Source: an uncultured Planctomycetia bacterium (GTDB taxonomy: Bacteria; Planctomycetota; MHYJ01; CAYXQY01). From it: DNA of 54,733 nucleotides. A model generated the notes under the pieces. That model made no database searches. It saw nothing but the letters and a program-made list of their open reading frames with translations, and was not told the DNA's origin. Every line of letters begins with the position of its first letter. Position 1 is the stretch's first letter. This document shows, piece after piece, positions 36,089-45,586 of this stretch. The stretch spans positions 1-54,733 of the forward strand of contig CAZSFH010000001.1 of assembly GCA_964606115.1 (NCBI GenBank). The letters run 5' to 3'. A program made the translations under genes and the position numbers.

Positions 36089-37330
36089 GTGACCAATCGA
36101 GTCGTCGTTACCGGACTCGGTATCCTCTCCCCGGTTGGGATTGGGCCGGATGAAGTCTGGCCGAATTTGCTGGAAGGAACAAGCGGTATCGCTTCCATAG
36201 AATCCTTTGATACGTCGGAGTTCGACGTGACCTTCGGGGGTGAGGTTCGCTCGTTTGATCCCGAGGATTACATGGAAACGAGACGTCGGAAACGTCTCGA
36301 CCGGTTCGTGCAGATGGGTCTGGCCGGAGCGATGGAGGCTGTTGAGGACGCTGATCTGTCCCCTGAACGCGTGGACTCCGAACGAGCCGGTGTGGTGCTG
36401 GGATCAGGAATCGGTGGGCTGAAAGAAATTGAAACACAACATTGGCGTATGTTTGAAAAGGGTCCGTCCCGGGTCTCACCGTTTTTTATTCCAAAGCTCA
36501 TGATGAATGCCGCTCCCGGTCAGATCGCCATGGAATTTAATTTTGAGGGGCCCAACTATTCCGTGTCCTCCGCCTGCTCTTCGGGTAATCATGCAATTGG
36601 CGACGCGTTTCAGTCGATTCGTAACGGAAAGGCGGACGTGATGTTAACCGGGGGGGTTGAAGCGGCCCTGACGCCATCCTGTCTCGCCGGGTTTACGGCG
36701 TTGAAAGCATTGTCGAAACGCAACGACGAACCGGAGCGAGCAAGCCGTCCGTTCGACGCGAAACGCGATGGATTTGTCTTGAGCGAGGGAACCGGTATCC
36801 TGCTTCTGGAAACCCTGGAGCATGCCCGGCAGCGCGACGCAGATATCTACGCTGAGGTCCTTGGGTTCGGAGCCACGTCGGATGCACATCACGTCACTCA
36901 ACCGGAACCCGAAGGGGAAGGGGCGAAAAAGTCGATTGAATTGGCACTGGAGGACGGGAATATTGAACCGGAGCGTGTTTCGTACGTGAACGCTCACGGA
37001 ACGTCCACTGAACTGAACGACAAAATGGAAACCAACGCCATTCGTTCGGCTCTCGGGACACACGCGGAGGAAGTCTGTGTGTCCAGTACCAAATCGATGG
37101 TGGGCCACTCCCTTGGAGCGGCCGCGGGCATCGAAGCGGTTGTTCTGAGCCTATCTATTCGTGATGGCGTTGTACATCCCACGATTAATTACGAACATCC
37201 CGACCCCGATTGTGATCTTGATTACGTGCCGGATGGCAGGCGTGATTGGGAGATCGACGTGGCCATTTCAAATTCGTTTGGATTTGGCGGACACAACTCG
37301 TGTCTGGCACTCGGACGGTTTCATCTTTGA
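36089..37330 (+). CDS. fabF: Beta-ketoacyl-ACP synthase II
   Basis: RVVVTGLGILSPVG, active-site SSACSSG, HGTST, GFGGHN. GTG at 36089 follows GAGG; TTG at 36077 is an alternative start. Confidence 0.9.
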   Translation: MTNRVVVTGLGILSPVGIGPDEVWPNLLEGTSGIASIESFDTSEFDVTFGGEVRSFDPEDYMETRRRKRLDRFVQMGLAGAMEAVEDADLSPERVDSERAGVVLGSGIGGLKEIETQHWRMFEKGPSRVSPFFIPKLMMNAAPGQIAMEFNFEGPNYSVSSACSSGNHAIGDAFQSIRNGKADVMLTGGVEAALTPSCLAGFTALKALSKRNDEPERASRPFDAKRDGFVLSEGTGILLLETLEHARQRDADIYAEVLGFGATSDAHHVTQPEPEGEGAKKSIELALEDGNIEPERVSYVNAHGTSTELNDKMETNAIRSALGTHAEEVCVSSTKSMVGHSLGAAAGIEAVVLSLSIRDGVVHPTINYEHPDPDCDLDYVPDGRRDWEIDVAISNSFGFGGHNSCLALGRFHL

Positions 37331-37347
37331 CCGGAGGGTAGGAAAAC

Positions 37348-38556
37348 ATGTCCGAACACCCCGATCTGTTTCGAAAAGCCGAGGAGTTTACCACCGCTGA
37401 AGAAGTACAGGAAGCGGGTCTTTATCCGTACTTCAAAGCGATTGAGTCCGGGCCCGGAACGACGGTCACGGTAGACGGTCGGGAAACGATTATGGTCGGT
37501 TCCAACAACTATCTCGGTCTCACGAGGGATCCCAGGGTCATCGAAGCGTCCCGGGAGGCCATTGAGGAATACGGCACGTCCTGTACCGGTTCCCGTTTTC
37601 TGAATGGAACCCTCGACCTCCATGAGAAACTGGAGGCCGAATTGGCCGATTTTATGAACGAGGATGCTGCTCTTACCTTCACCACCGGGTTTCAAACCAA
37701 CCTTGGCATCATTCCCACGCTGGTTGGAAAAAACGATGCCGTTGTAATTGACCGACAGAATCACGCCAGCATCATTGACGGCTGCCGTCTTTCCTTCGGT
37801 CGAACGCTGAAGTTCAGGCACAATGACGTTGATGATCTGGAAAATCGCCTGCAGAACGTGGAGGATGACGCGGGAATTCTCATCGTCGTGGACGGGGTGT
37901 TCAGCATGGAGGGAGATCTGGCACCGCTCCCGGAGATCGTGGAGCTGAAAGAGAAATATAATGCAAGGCTCCTTGTGGATGATGCACATTCGATCGGGGT
38001 CATGGGGGAACACGGAAGAGGGACGGCAGAACATTATGGTCTGGAGGACGAGGTGGATCTGGTCATGGGGACCTTCTCCAAGTCGTTTGCGTCGCTGGGA
38101 GGATTCGTTGCCGGAGATGATTACGTGATCGATTACGTCAAAAATAACGCTCGTTCCCTGATCTTTAGTGCAAGTATTCCTCCGGCAAATATTCAATCCG
38201 TGCGAGCTTCACTGAAGATTATCCGGGAAGAACCGGAGCGGCGGGAACGCCTCTGGGAAAATGTATCCTTTATGCGGTCCGCTCTGAATGAACTCGGCCT
38301 CAATACGGGAAAGAGCGAGACCCCGGTGATCCCCATTATCGTAGGCGATGACATGGATACCTTCAGTGTCTGGAAAGCTCTTCTGGAATTGGGCGTTTAT
38401 ACCAATCCATGCGTGTCTCCCGCCGTTGAACCGGGTCGGTCCCTCATTCGCACAAGTTACATGGCCACTCACTCCCGGGAGGAACTGAACCAGGTGGTCG
38501 ACGCCATGAAAAAAGTCGCCGAGGAGTTCGACCTTCGTCGCGCGGCCGCTTCCTGA
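37348..38556 (+). CDS. PLP-dependent alpha-oxoamine synthase, serine-palmitoyltransferase-like
   Basis: SNNYLGL, GSRFLNGT, HASIIDG, VDGVFSMEGD, DDAHS, and the PLP-lysine block GTFSKSFASLGG. This is the SPT-type GTFSKS, not KBL GTLGKA or BioF GTFGKG. ERRERLWEN is close to Sphingomonas SPT. Confidence 0.8.
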   Translation: MSEHPDLFRKAEEFTTAEEVQEAGLYPYFKAIESGPGTTVTVDGRETIMVGSNNYLGLTRDPRVIEASREAIEEYGTSCTGSRFLNGTLDLHEKLEAELADFMNEDAALTFTTGFQTNLGIIPTLVGKNDAVVIDRQNHASIIDGCRLSFGRTLKFRHNDVDDLENRLQNVEDDAGILIVVDGVFSMEGDLAPLPEIVELKEKYNARLLVDDAHSIGVMGEHGRGTAEHYGLEDEVDLVMGTFSKSFASLGGFVAGDDYVIDYVKNNARSLIFSASIPPANIQSVRASLKIIREEPERRERLWENVSFMRSALNELGLNTGKSETPVIPIIVGDDMDTFSVWKALLELGVYTNPCVSPAVEPGRSLIRTSYMATHSREELNQVVDAMKKVAEEFDLRRAAAS

Positions 38557-38637
38557 GCAGGAGCGGTATTTATTGAGAGTTGTTCCAGCTGATCCTTCGC
38601 ACCGTTTTCACGGTGTTCATTCTGACTGAAAAGGCCC

Positions 38638-39759
38638 ATTTCCGTCGAAATTGAAAACGTCCGACAACCGCACCGGCACGGTGCGTTCCTGGATCTTCCA
38701 TACCAGCTTTACGGGGATCTGGAACACTGGGTCCCCCCTCTCCGAATGGAACAGCGATCCCGGCTTGACGTGGAAGATTATCCGTTTTTTGAACATTCGG
38801 AAGCTTCGTTTTTTCTTGCTCGACGAGAGAACCGTCCGGTGGGAAGAATCGCCGCGATCGAGAATCGGCGGCACAATGAATACCACGACGAGCAGATCGG
38901 ATTCTTTGGATTTTTTGACGTGATCGACGATTCGGAGGTCGCGGGGCAGCTTCTCGATGCCGCCGGTGACTGGGCCTCCGACCGGGGACTCAATGCTCTC
39001 CGCGGTCCGGCCAATTATTCCTCCAATGAAACCTGGGGGGTCCTGGTCGAGGGGTTCGATCGCCGTCCCTCCGTGATGATGCCTTATCATCCGCCCTACG
39101 TTCGACGATTACTGGACGATCTCGGGTTCGATACGATTGAGGAACTCATCGCCTACGAAACCAACACCGAACTGATTGAACAATCCTTTTTAAAGCGCGT
39201 TTCAAAGCGAGTAAGGGAGCGGAACGATCTTCAGGTTCGCAGGATGGATCTGTCCCGGTTTAATGAAGAAGCCAGGGTGATGCGAGACTTGTTCGTGGAC
39301 TGCTGGTCGGACAACTGGGGGTTCATACCGCCGACCGAGGAGGAGTTTCTTCATACCTGCGAACAGATGAAACCAATGGCCGAACCGGAACTTTCGCTGT
39401 TTGTCGAGGACGGTGATCAAGAGATCGCATTTATTGTCGGTATTCCGGATCCCAACGAAGCTCTGCAGCACCTGAACGGCCGCCTGCTGTCCTGGCGAAT
39501 CGTTCCGTTTCTTTGGCAGATGTACGTGACCGGATTGAGTCGTGTTCGAGTGGTTTTGCTCGGCGTAAAAGATGAATATCAGGGCCGGGGGTTGGAGACG
39601 TTGCTGATTCACGAGTTTGTCGAACGGGGAACGAGTCTTGGCTATCGGAAAGCGGAACTGTCCTGGGTGCTTGCCTCAAACGACGAGATGAACCGGGTGC
39701 TGGAGAAAATCGGTGTTGAACAGGTCAGCCGTTACGATGTCTGTGAACGCCGATTCTGA
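38638..39759 (+). CDS. GNAT-fold N-acyltransferase-like protein (~370 aa family); start codon uncertain
   Basis: RPVGRIAAIENRRHN, IGFFGFFD, C-terminal GVKDEYQGRGLETLL (acyl-CoA binding-like). The in-frame region 38626-38745 (ISVEIENV...FLDLPYQLYGDLEHWVPPLR) looks like the family N-terminus but has no ATG/GTG/TTG. Confidence 0.6.
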   Translation: MSVEIENVRQPHRHGAFLDLPYQLYGDLEHWVPPLRMEQRSRLDVEDYPFFEHSEASFFLARRENRPVGRIAAIENRRHNEYHDEQIGFFGFFDVIDDSEVAGQLLDAAGDWASDRGLNALRGPANYSSNETWGVLVEGFDRRPSVMMPYHPPYVRRLLDDLGFDTIEELIAYETNTELIEQSFLKRVSKRVRERNDLQVRRMDLSRFNEEARVMRDLFVDCWSDNWGFIPPTEEEFLHTCEQMKPMAEPELSLFVEDGDQEIAFIVGIPDPNEALQHLNGRLLSWRIVPFLWQMYVTGLSRVRVVLLGVKDEYQGRGLETLLIHEFVERGTSLGYRKAELSWVLASNDEMNRVLEKIGVEQVSRYDVCERRF

Positions 39760-39896
39760 ACGACAATTGAGACGCTACCTTTTCTGAATTAATATATCAG
39801 GGAACCCCGATTCTGATTTCGTCGTCTCCAGCGCCGGGGAAGCCGAATGTCCTGCAGGCAATTCATTTTTCAACGAACGAAGGTTGCGAGTAAATC

Positions 39897-40817
39897 ATGA
39901 AGATTCTGATTTCTGGTGCATCGGGATTGGTCGGCTCTCGGCTGGCCCGTCTTTACGAAGAAGAAGACGTGGGAGCTCTCGTTCGCCGGGAACCCGAGGA
40001 TTCGTCCGAAGTCTATTGGAAACCGTCCGACGGGGAGATTGATCGTGAAGGTGTATCCGGGTATGACGCCGTTGTGCACCTCGCGGGGGAGTCCATTGTC
40101 GGACGCTGGTCGGAAGAAAAGAAGCGTGCGATCAAAGAAAGCCGCGTGTCCGGAACGTCGATTTTAAGTGAAGCTCTTGCGGAGGCCGATGATCCACCCG
40201 ACGTACTGGTTTGTGCGTCGGCGATCGGGTATTACGGGGACCGGGGAGACCAGATACTGGACGAAGAGAGTGCTTCGGGGGAGTTGTTTCTGTCGGAGGT
40301 GTGTGAGGAATGGGAGGCGGCGGCGGACCCGGCTCGGGAAGCCGGAATTCGCGTGGCACACGCCCGGTTTGGTGTGATCCTGAGTCCGAGCGGCGGGGCA
40401 CTGGCGAAAATGTTGTTCCCTTTCAAAATGGGCATTGGAGGGCGCATCGGTGACGGAGAGCAGTGGATGAGCTGGATCGATATTTACGACGCCGTGCACG
40501 CTGTGGATCATATCGTCAAAACCGAAGACATGAGCGGACCGGTGAACGTTGTGGCTCCCAATCCGGTTCGGAACCGTCAGTTCACGACGGCTATGGGGGA
40601 TGTTCTCAGTCGTCCCACCCTGTTTCCGATGCCGGCTTTCGCCGCTCGATTGCTGTTCGGCGAAATGGCGGATGAACTCTTACTGGCCAGCACCTGTGTA
40701 CAGCCGCGCCGTCTTCGTGAGCATGACTTTAACTTTGAGTATCCACACCTTAAAGATAGTCTTCTTCACCTTCTGGTGAAGCAGGAGGACGATTTTCGGG
40801 TGATGTCCGGCTCCTGA
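39897..40817 (+). CDS. SDR-type epimerase-family protein (YfcH / TIGR01777-like, DUF1731 C-terminus)
   Basis: MKILISGASGLVGSRL Rossmann motif. Collinear with E. coli YfcH (AIGYYGDRGD, FPFKMGIGGRIGDGEQWMSWI, VAPNPVRNRQF). Confidence 0.75.
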   Translation: MKILISGASGLVGSRLARLYEEEDVGALVRREPEDSSEVYWKPSDGEIDREGVSGYDAVVHLAGESIVGRWSEEKKRAIKESRVSGTSILSEALAEADDPPDVLVCASAIGYYGDRGDQILDEESASGELFLSEVCEEWEAAADPAREAGIRVAHARFGVILSPSGGALAKMLFPFKMGIGGRIGDGEQWMSWIDIYDAVHAVDHIVKTEDMSGPVNVVAPNPVRNRQFTTAMGDVLSRPTLFPMPAFAARLLFGEMADELLLASTCVQPRRLREHDFNFEYPHLKDSLLHLLVKQEDDFRVMSGS

Positions 40818-40834
40818 CCCGCATTGATCGTTTG

Positions 40835-43450
40835 TCAGTCCTTCACTTCATCCATCTCCTGTTTGAGTTCCTGCAGAACGTTCAGCGCGTCAATGGGGGT
40901 GGTCTGATTCAGATCGATATCCTCGAAGTATTCCTGAACTTTTTCTGCCAGTTCCGCTTTCTGTTTCATTTCCGGTGAAGCAAACAGCGATAGCTGTGCT
41001 TCTTCAGCGGCCTGAGAAAGACGGTCACGCCGCTGGTTCGTATTCAGCTGGTGTTCCTGAAGCTGACTCAGAATAGATCGCGCCCGGTTGACGACGGCGT
41101 CCGGGACCCCTGCCCGATCGGCGACGTGAATTCCATAGGACTCGTCGCTGGCTCCCTCCACCAGCTTGCGGTTAAAGACGATGTTATCGTCTTCTTCTTT
41201 GATGTCAAAGTGATAATTCTGAACCCCCGGGAGTTCCTGTTCAAGCACCGACAGTTCGTGGTAGTGAGTCGCGAATAACGTCCGGGAGCCGATGTGGTCA
41301 TGTATGTGTTCGCAAACGGCGCGGGCGATGCTGATGCCGTCGGAGGTGCTGGTACCCCGGCCGACCTCATCAAGTATAACCAGACTCTTCTGGGTGGCGT
41401 TGTTCAAAATGTTTGCGGTCTCCGTCATCTCCACCATGAACGTGCTTGCTCCACGGGTTAACTCATCCGAGGCGCCCACCCTGGTGAAAACCCGATCGAC
41501 GATCCCCAGTTTCGCTCGACGTGCGGGGACGTAGCTTCCCATCTGAGCCAGTACGTGGATTAAACCCACCTGGCGAATGTAGGTTGATTTCCCGGCCATG
41601 TTGGGACCCGTGATGATCAGGAGCCGATCGTCGTCGGTCGCGAGATCGGTGTTATTCGAAATGAAACGCTGGTCCTGAAGTTCGCAAACGACCGGATGTC
41701 GGCCTTCCCGGATGGTGGTAACGGGATCGTCCACGATCTCCGGTTTTCGCCAATCTTTTTCTTCAGCGATATCGGCGAGGCAGCAGAGGACGTCCATTCG
41801 TGCGACGGCCCGGGCGGTTTCCTGGAGCGCCTCGATGTCTTCGGCGGTCCGGGTGCGAAGTTCGATGAACAGGTTGTATTCCAGTTCCTCTGCTCGTTCC
41901 TCGGCGTTGAGCAGCTGGCTTTCTTTTTCTTTCAGGGCCTGGGTAATATATCGTTCGGAATTTTTCAGCGTCTGTTTTCGGTTGTAGCGGTCGGGGACCA
42001 GGTCGGTTTGGGATTTGGTTACTTCAATGTAATATCCGTGGACTTTGTTAAAACCGACTTCAAGATTATCAATGCCGGTTTCCTTCTTCTCACGCTCCTC
42101 GAATTCGGCCATCCATTCCTTACCGCTATCCATCAATTCGTGTAGCTCGTCCAGTTCGTCGTTGTATCCTTCCCGGATAATACCTCCTTCGGACAGGGTG
42201 GAAGAGGGGCTGTCCAGGAGAGCCTGTTCAAGTTCCTCCCGGAGATCCGGGAGCGGGTCAATATCATCCCGAATCAGGTCCAGGTAACCGTCAACGTCCT
42301 CCAGTGCATCCAGGATTGGAGGCAGGGACTTGAGGGATTCCCGCAGTGATACAAGATCCCTCGGATTGGCCCGTCCACTTCCGAGTTTGGAGGTGATGCG
42401 TTCGATGTCGTACACCTCTTTTAAGAGCGATTTCAGATCCGTCCGTAGATCGTAAGTTGACAGCAGAGTTTCCACCGCGTCCAGTCGTCGTTCGATGCGT
42501 TCGCGATCGGTGAGCGGAGAAAGAAGCCAGTTTCGCAGCAGTCGTCCGCCCATAGCCGTCGAGGTCCTGTCAAGGATATGGACGAGAGAACCTTTCTCTT
42601 CCCCTGTTCGGCGTGTTTCGGTTAATTCCAGGGACCGTTGTGAAACCTGATCCAGGATCATCGTTTCGGCTCGATAATACGGTTTCAGCCGCCGGATATG
42701 GTCCAGTTTTCCTTTCTGCGTCTCCCGGAGGTATTCCACGAGGGCTCCGGCTGCTCGTATTCCGAGTTTCTCCTCCCGAATGCCGAAACCGTCCAGCAGG
42801 GAGGTCCCGAACTGATCTTTGAGCGTATCGACAGCCGTTTCTTCTTCAAACGTCCAGTTCGGGACCGGGGTGAGGGCGGAGCTGTTTACGTTCTCGATGG
42901 AGGAACACAGGTCATCGTCCCGATGCCGAAACGATTCGGGATGTATAATTTCAGCGGGATCAAGCCGTGATATTTCATCGATAAAGTCGGAGGAGGGAAC
43001 TTCTTCCATGCGAAAGGAGCCGGTTGATAGGTCCGTCCACGCCAGAGCGCTTCGATCCTCCTCCATCAGCACGCTCATCAGATAGTTGTTTTGTTTTTCC
43101 GAAAGGAACTCCTCCTCGGTGACGGTGCCTGGCGTGATCACACGTACTACGTCCCGTTCGACAAGCCCGCTGGCTTCGTCGGCATCTTCCACCTGATCGC
43201 AGATGGCAACCCGGTAGCCTTTGTTGAGAAGACGTTGGATATAGGTTTCCGCCCGCTGGATCGGGACCCCCGCCATGGCAATTTCATCCTCTCCCTGAAA
43301 ACGGCTGGTCAGGGTTATTTCCAGTTCCCTCGAAACCGTCTTCGCGTCTTCTTCAAACACCTCGTAAAAGTCACCCAGGTGAAAGAACAGGATTTCGTCC
43401 GGATATTGATCCTTGATCTCCCAGTATTGTTCCATCAATGGTGTTGACAT
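40835..43450 (-). CDS. mutS: DNA mismatch repair protein MutS
   Basis: MSTPLMEQYWEIKDQYPDEILFFHLGDFYE, Walker A ITGPNMAGKST, DEVGRGTST, FATHYHEL. Confidence 0.95.
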   Translation of the reverse strand: MSTPLMEQYWEIKDQYPDEILFFHLGDFYEVFEEDAKTVSRELEITLTSRFQGEDEIAMAGVPIQRAETYIQRLLNKGYRVAICDQVEDADEASGLVERDVVRVITPGTVTEEEFLSEKQNNYLMSVLMEEDRSALAWTDLSTGSFRMEEVPSSDFIDEISRLDPAEIIHPESFRHRDDDLCSSIENVNSSALTPVPNWTFEEETAVDTLKDQFGTSLLDGFGIREEKLGIRAAGALVEYLRETQKGKLDHIRRLKPYYRAETMILDQVSQRSLELTETRRTGEEKGSLVHILDRTSTAMGGRLLRNWLLSPLTDRERIERRLDAVETLLSTYDLRTDLKSLLKEVYDIERITSKLGSGRANPRDLVSLRESLKSLPPILDALEDVDGYLDLIRDDIDPLPDLREELEQALLDSPSSTLSEGGIIREGYNDELDELHELMDSGKEWMAEFEEREKKETGIDNLEVGFNKVHGYYIEVTKSQTDLVPDRYNRKQTLKNSERYITQALKEKESQLLNAEERAEELEYNLFIELRTRTAEDIEALQETARAVARMDVLCCLADIAEEKDWRKPEIVDDPVTTIREGRHPVVCELQDQRFISNNTDLATDDDRLLIITGPNMAGKSTYIRQVGLIHVLAQMGSYVPARRAKLGIVDRVFTRVGASDELTRGASTFMVEMTETANILNNATQKSLVILDEVGRGTSTSDGISIARAVCEHIHDHIGSRTLFATHYHELSVLEQELPGVQNYHFDIKEEDDNIVFNRKLVEGASDESYGIHVADRAGVPDAVVNRARSILSQLQEHQLNTNQRRDRLSQAAEEAQLSLFASPEMKQKAELAEKVQEYFEDIDLNQTTPIDALNVLQELKQEMDEVKD

Positions 43451-43526
43451 GGATTCGGTCGGTTTTGATGATGAGCCTTATAATCCGCAAGGGATCAATT
43501 TCAGGCGGGAATAAATACGGCCTGGA

Positions 43527-44378
43527 TCAGGGCTTAATGATGACATCATGATGATGTTGCTTAAACTCCATGGCCTCACGTCGAGCATTTTTATACGTTT
43601 CAAAACGTCCAATCCGAACGCAGTACAGACGTCGATCGGGAAGATCCACGGAAACGATATACGGATTGTACCCTTCCCGGCTTAGCTCATTTTTCATTTT
43701 CCGTGCATTGTCGATCTGTTGAAACGCTCCCGTCTGAAGGGAGAAATGATCCTGAAGGTAGGCGAGTTGAATCCGGGCCTGACGCGCAGCGTTCGAGTCT
43801 GGAAACGACTCCCGAATTGATTTATACACCGTGCGTCCCCGGTCAAACTGGCCGTTTCGCACCAGCGCGTTCGCGAACCAGTACCGGGCGTCGGGTTCGT
43901 TCACCCAGGCGGAGGCACGAGGGTTTTCGTCGAGAAGCGACGTGGTTTTTCGAAACTGCACGAGCGCTCGTTCCACGCGGCGCAAGGACCAGTAGATATG
44001 GCCTTTAAGTTTTACCAGTGCGGTCCGAATAGTGACCTGATCCGTTTTATCCAGACCTCGCTTTACCGCTTTCAGCGCTGAATTCTTGTTTCCGGTGAGG
44101 TGATGGACCTGTGCGATGCGATACCAGGCTTCAGCGGCATCCGGTCCATCGGGTTTTTTTTCAAGGTATTTCTTGGCGAATTTCTGGGCTTTCCGGAGTT
44201 TCTTTCGGTCGATCTGATCGGGGGATGAACTCGCTCCCTGAAGATAAGCACGCCGGGCTTTACGGATGAGCGGCGAGGGCGACGTGGAGGGGGGAGGTGA
44301 GGTTCCCGCACATCCAATGAAAACGGTAAGCCATCCCGTGAGAAGCAAACAGGCCGTGGTGTGGTGATCCCCCTTCAT
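43527..44378 (-). CDS. Lipoprotein with TPR-like repeats and a C-terminal SPOR domain
   Basis: Lipobox-like LTVFIGCAG. C-terminus FSLQTGAFQQIDNARKMKNELSREGYNPYIV...YCVRIGRFETYKNA is typical of the SPOR fold. Confidence 0.7.
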   Translation of the reverse strand: MKGDHHTTACLLLTGWLTVFIGCAGTSPPPSTSPSPLIRKARRAYLQGASSSPDQIDRKKLRKAQKFAKKYLEKKPDGPDAAEAWYRIAQVHHLTGNKNSALKAVKRGLDKTDQVTIRTALVKLKGHIYWSLRRVERALVQFRKTTSLLDENPRASAWVNEPDARYWFANALVRNGQFDRGRTVYKSIRESFPDSNAARQARIQLAYLQDHFSLQTGAFQQIDNARKMKNELSREGYNPYIVSVDLPDRRLYCVRIGRFETYKNARREAMEFKQHHHDVIIKP

Positions 44379-44388
44379 CGCGTTTTGA

Positions 44389-45318
44389 TTATTTTGTGTC
44401 CCGGATGCCGCCGAGTTCGTTCTTGAGCTTGATCAGATGATCGAATTTCAGGGACTGGAGATAGCTGGAGATGTTCTGTTTCCCTTCGTATCGGTCGGAT
44501 AAATTAAAAATGATGGTTTCTGCTTTCTGACGGAGCTTTTCCATTTTCTCAATTTTCTGTTCCCGGTTCTCAATCTCCTGACCGGTGTCTATTTTGTGCA
44601 GATAAGAATTGATCGTGTTTATATGATCGACGGCGGTCTCCAGTTTTTTTCGATCATCACTTTTGAGTTTATTGAGTTCCGGAATGGTAATTTTATCGGG
44701 TTTGTCGTTTTGTTGTTTGTTGCTGGTGTTTCCGTTCCCGGCAATCGGGATATCTTCCCCGGAGTCCTCCTGAATTTTATCCATTTTATCTTCCGCCTTT
44801 TCGGACATGCTGGTCAGGTTCTGCCATACGTTCTTGCGGTGATACTCGTCCCAGTCCGATTTCCGGGCGTATGTTTTTATGCGTTCTTTCCCTTTCTCAT
44901 AATGTCCGATTGCTTCCCTGTACAGTTTGACGCTATTTTTTTCGCCGGCGTCCTGGTACAACTTATTGCCCCTGGAGAGGTGTTTGTTTGCTTCTTTTTC
45001 GACCTCCTTCCAGGTCGCATGGTCAGGGTTTTGAGTCCCGCCGCTGTCTCCGTTACCTCCCCGGATCATCGGAAGACCAAATCGGAAAAACGCCACAACG
45101 GCGATCAGAATAATCAGTACTCCGCTTCCCCACATAAAAAACTTCACCATCCCTTCTTTCGTGTTTCCGCTCCGGGTTCGGTCCCGGTCGTCTCGATCCA
45201 ACTCTCGCCGGTTGGAATGTGGGTCTTTCTCCTTGTTTCGCTGTTCACCCTGCGACTGGTTTTCGTCCTCACTCCGGGTGGGTTGAGTATTGTCGTCTTT
45301 ACTTTGTTCGGTTCCCAT
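44389..45318 (-). CDS. Hypothetical single-pass membrane protein, K/E-rich coiled-coil ectodomain
   Basis: Charged N-terminus, TM (FFMWGSGVLIILIAVVAFF), helical K/E-rich remainder. Its ATG overlaps the upstream stop (TAATG, 45316-45320). Confidence 0.5.
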   Translation of the reverse strand: MGTEQSKDDNTQPTRSEDENQSQGEQRNKEKDPHSNRRELDRDDRDRTRSGNTKEGMVKFFMWGSGVLIILIAVVAFFRFGLPMIRGGNGDSGGTQNPDHATWKEVEKEANKHLSRGNKLYQDAGEKNSVKLYREAIGHYEKGKERIKTYARKSDWDEYHRKNVWQNLTSMSEKAEDKMDKIQEDSGEDIPIAGNGNTSNKQQNDKPDKITIPELNKLKSDDRKKLETAVDHINTINSYLHKIDTGQEIENREQKIEKMEKLRQKAETIIFNLSDRYEGKQNISSYLQSLKFDHLIKLKNELGGIRDTK

Positions 45319-45536
45319 TATTGCGATTGTTCAAGCTGTCCGTCTTTGATGACGAGTTCATCCGGAAGGTCTTCCCGATCCTCTTTCGGGGATGTTTCTT
45401 CTCCCGCGGATTCCGGATTCGCGGGCTGGTTGCAGTGAGGACATTCATAACCGGGGGCGGCTTTTTCCTCACCGTCCGAGATGACGAGATCCGCGAACGG
45501 AAGACTCTGGCTACATTCGTGGCAAAAAGCGACCAT
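45318..45536 (-). CDS. Small zinc-ribbon protein (72 aa)
   Basis: CHEC...CPHC pair and an acidic tail. Translationally coupled to the downstream gene. Confidence 0.45.
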   Translation of the reverse strand: MVAFCHECSQSLPFADLVISDGEEKAAPGYECPHCNQPANPESAGEETSPKEDREDLPDELVIKDGQLEQSQ

Positions 45537-45586
45537 TGATTTTTTACGTGAGATAAAATTGGGAATGAAAATACCGTTGCCCGGAG

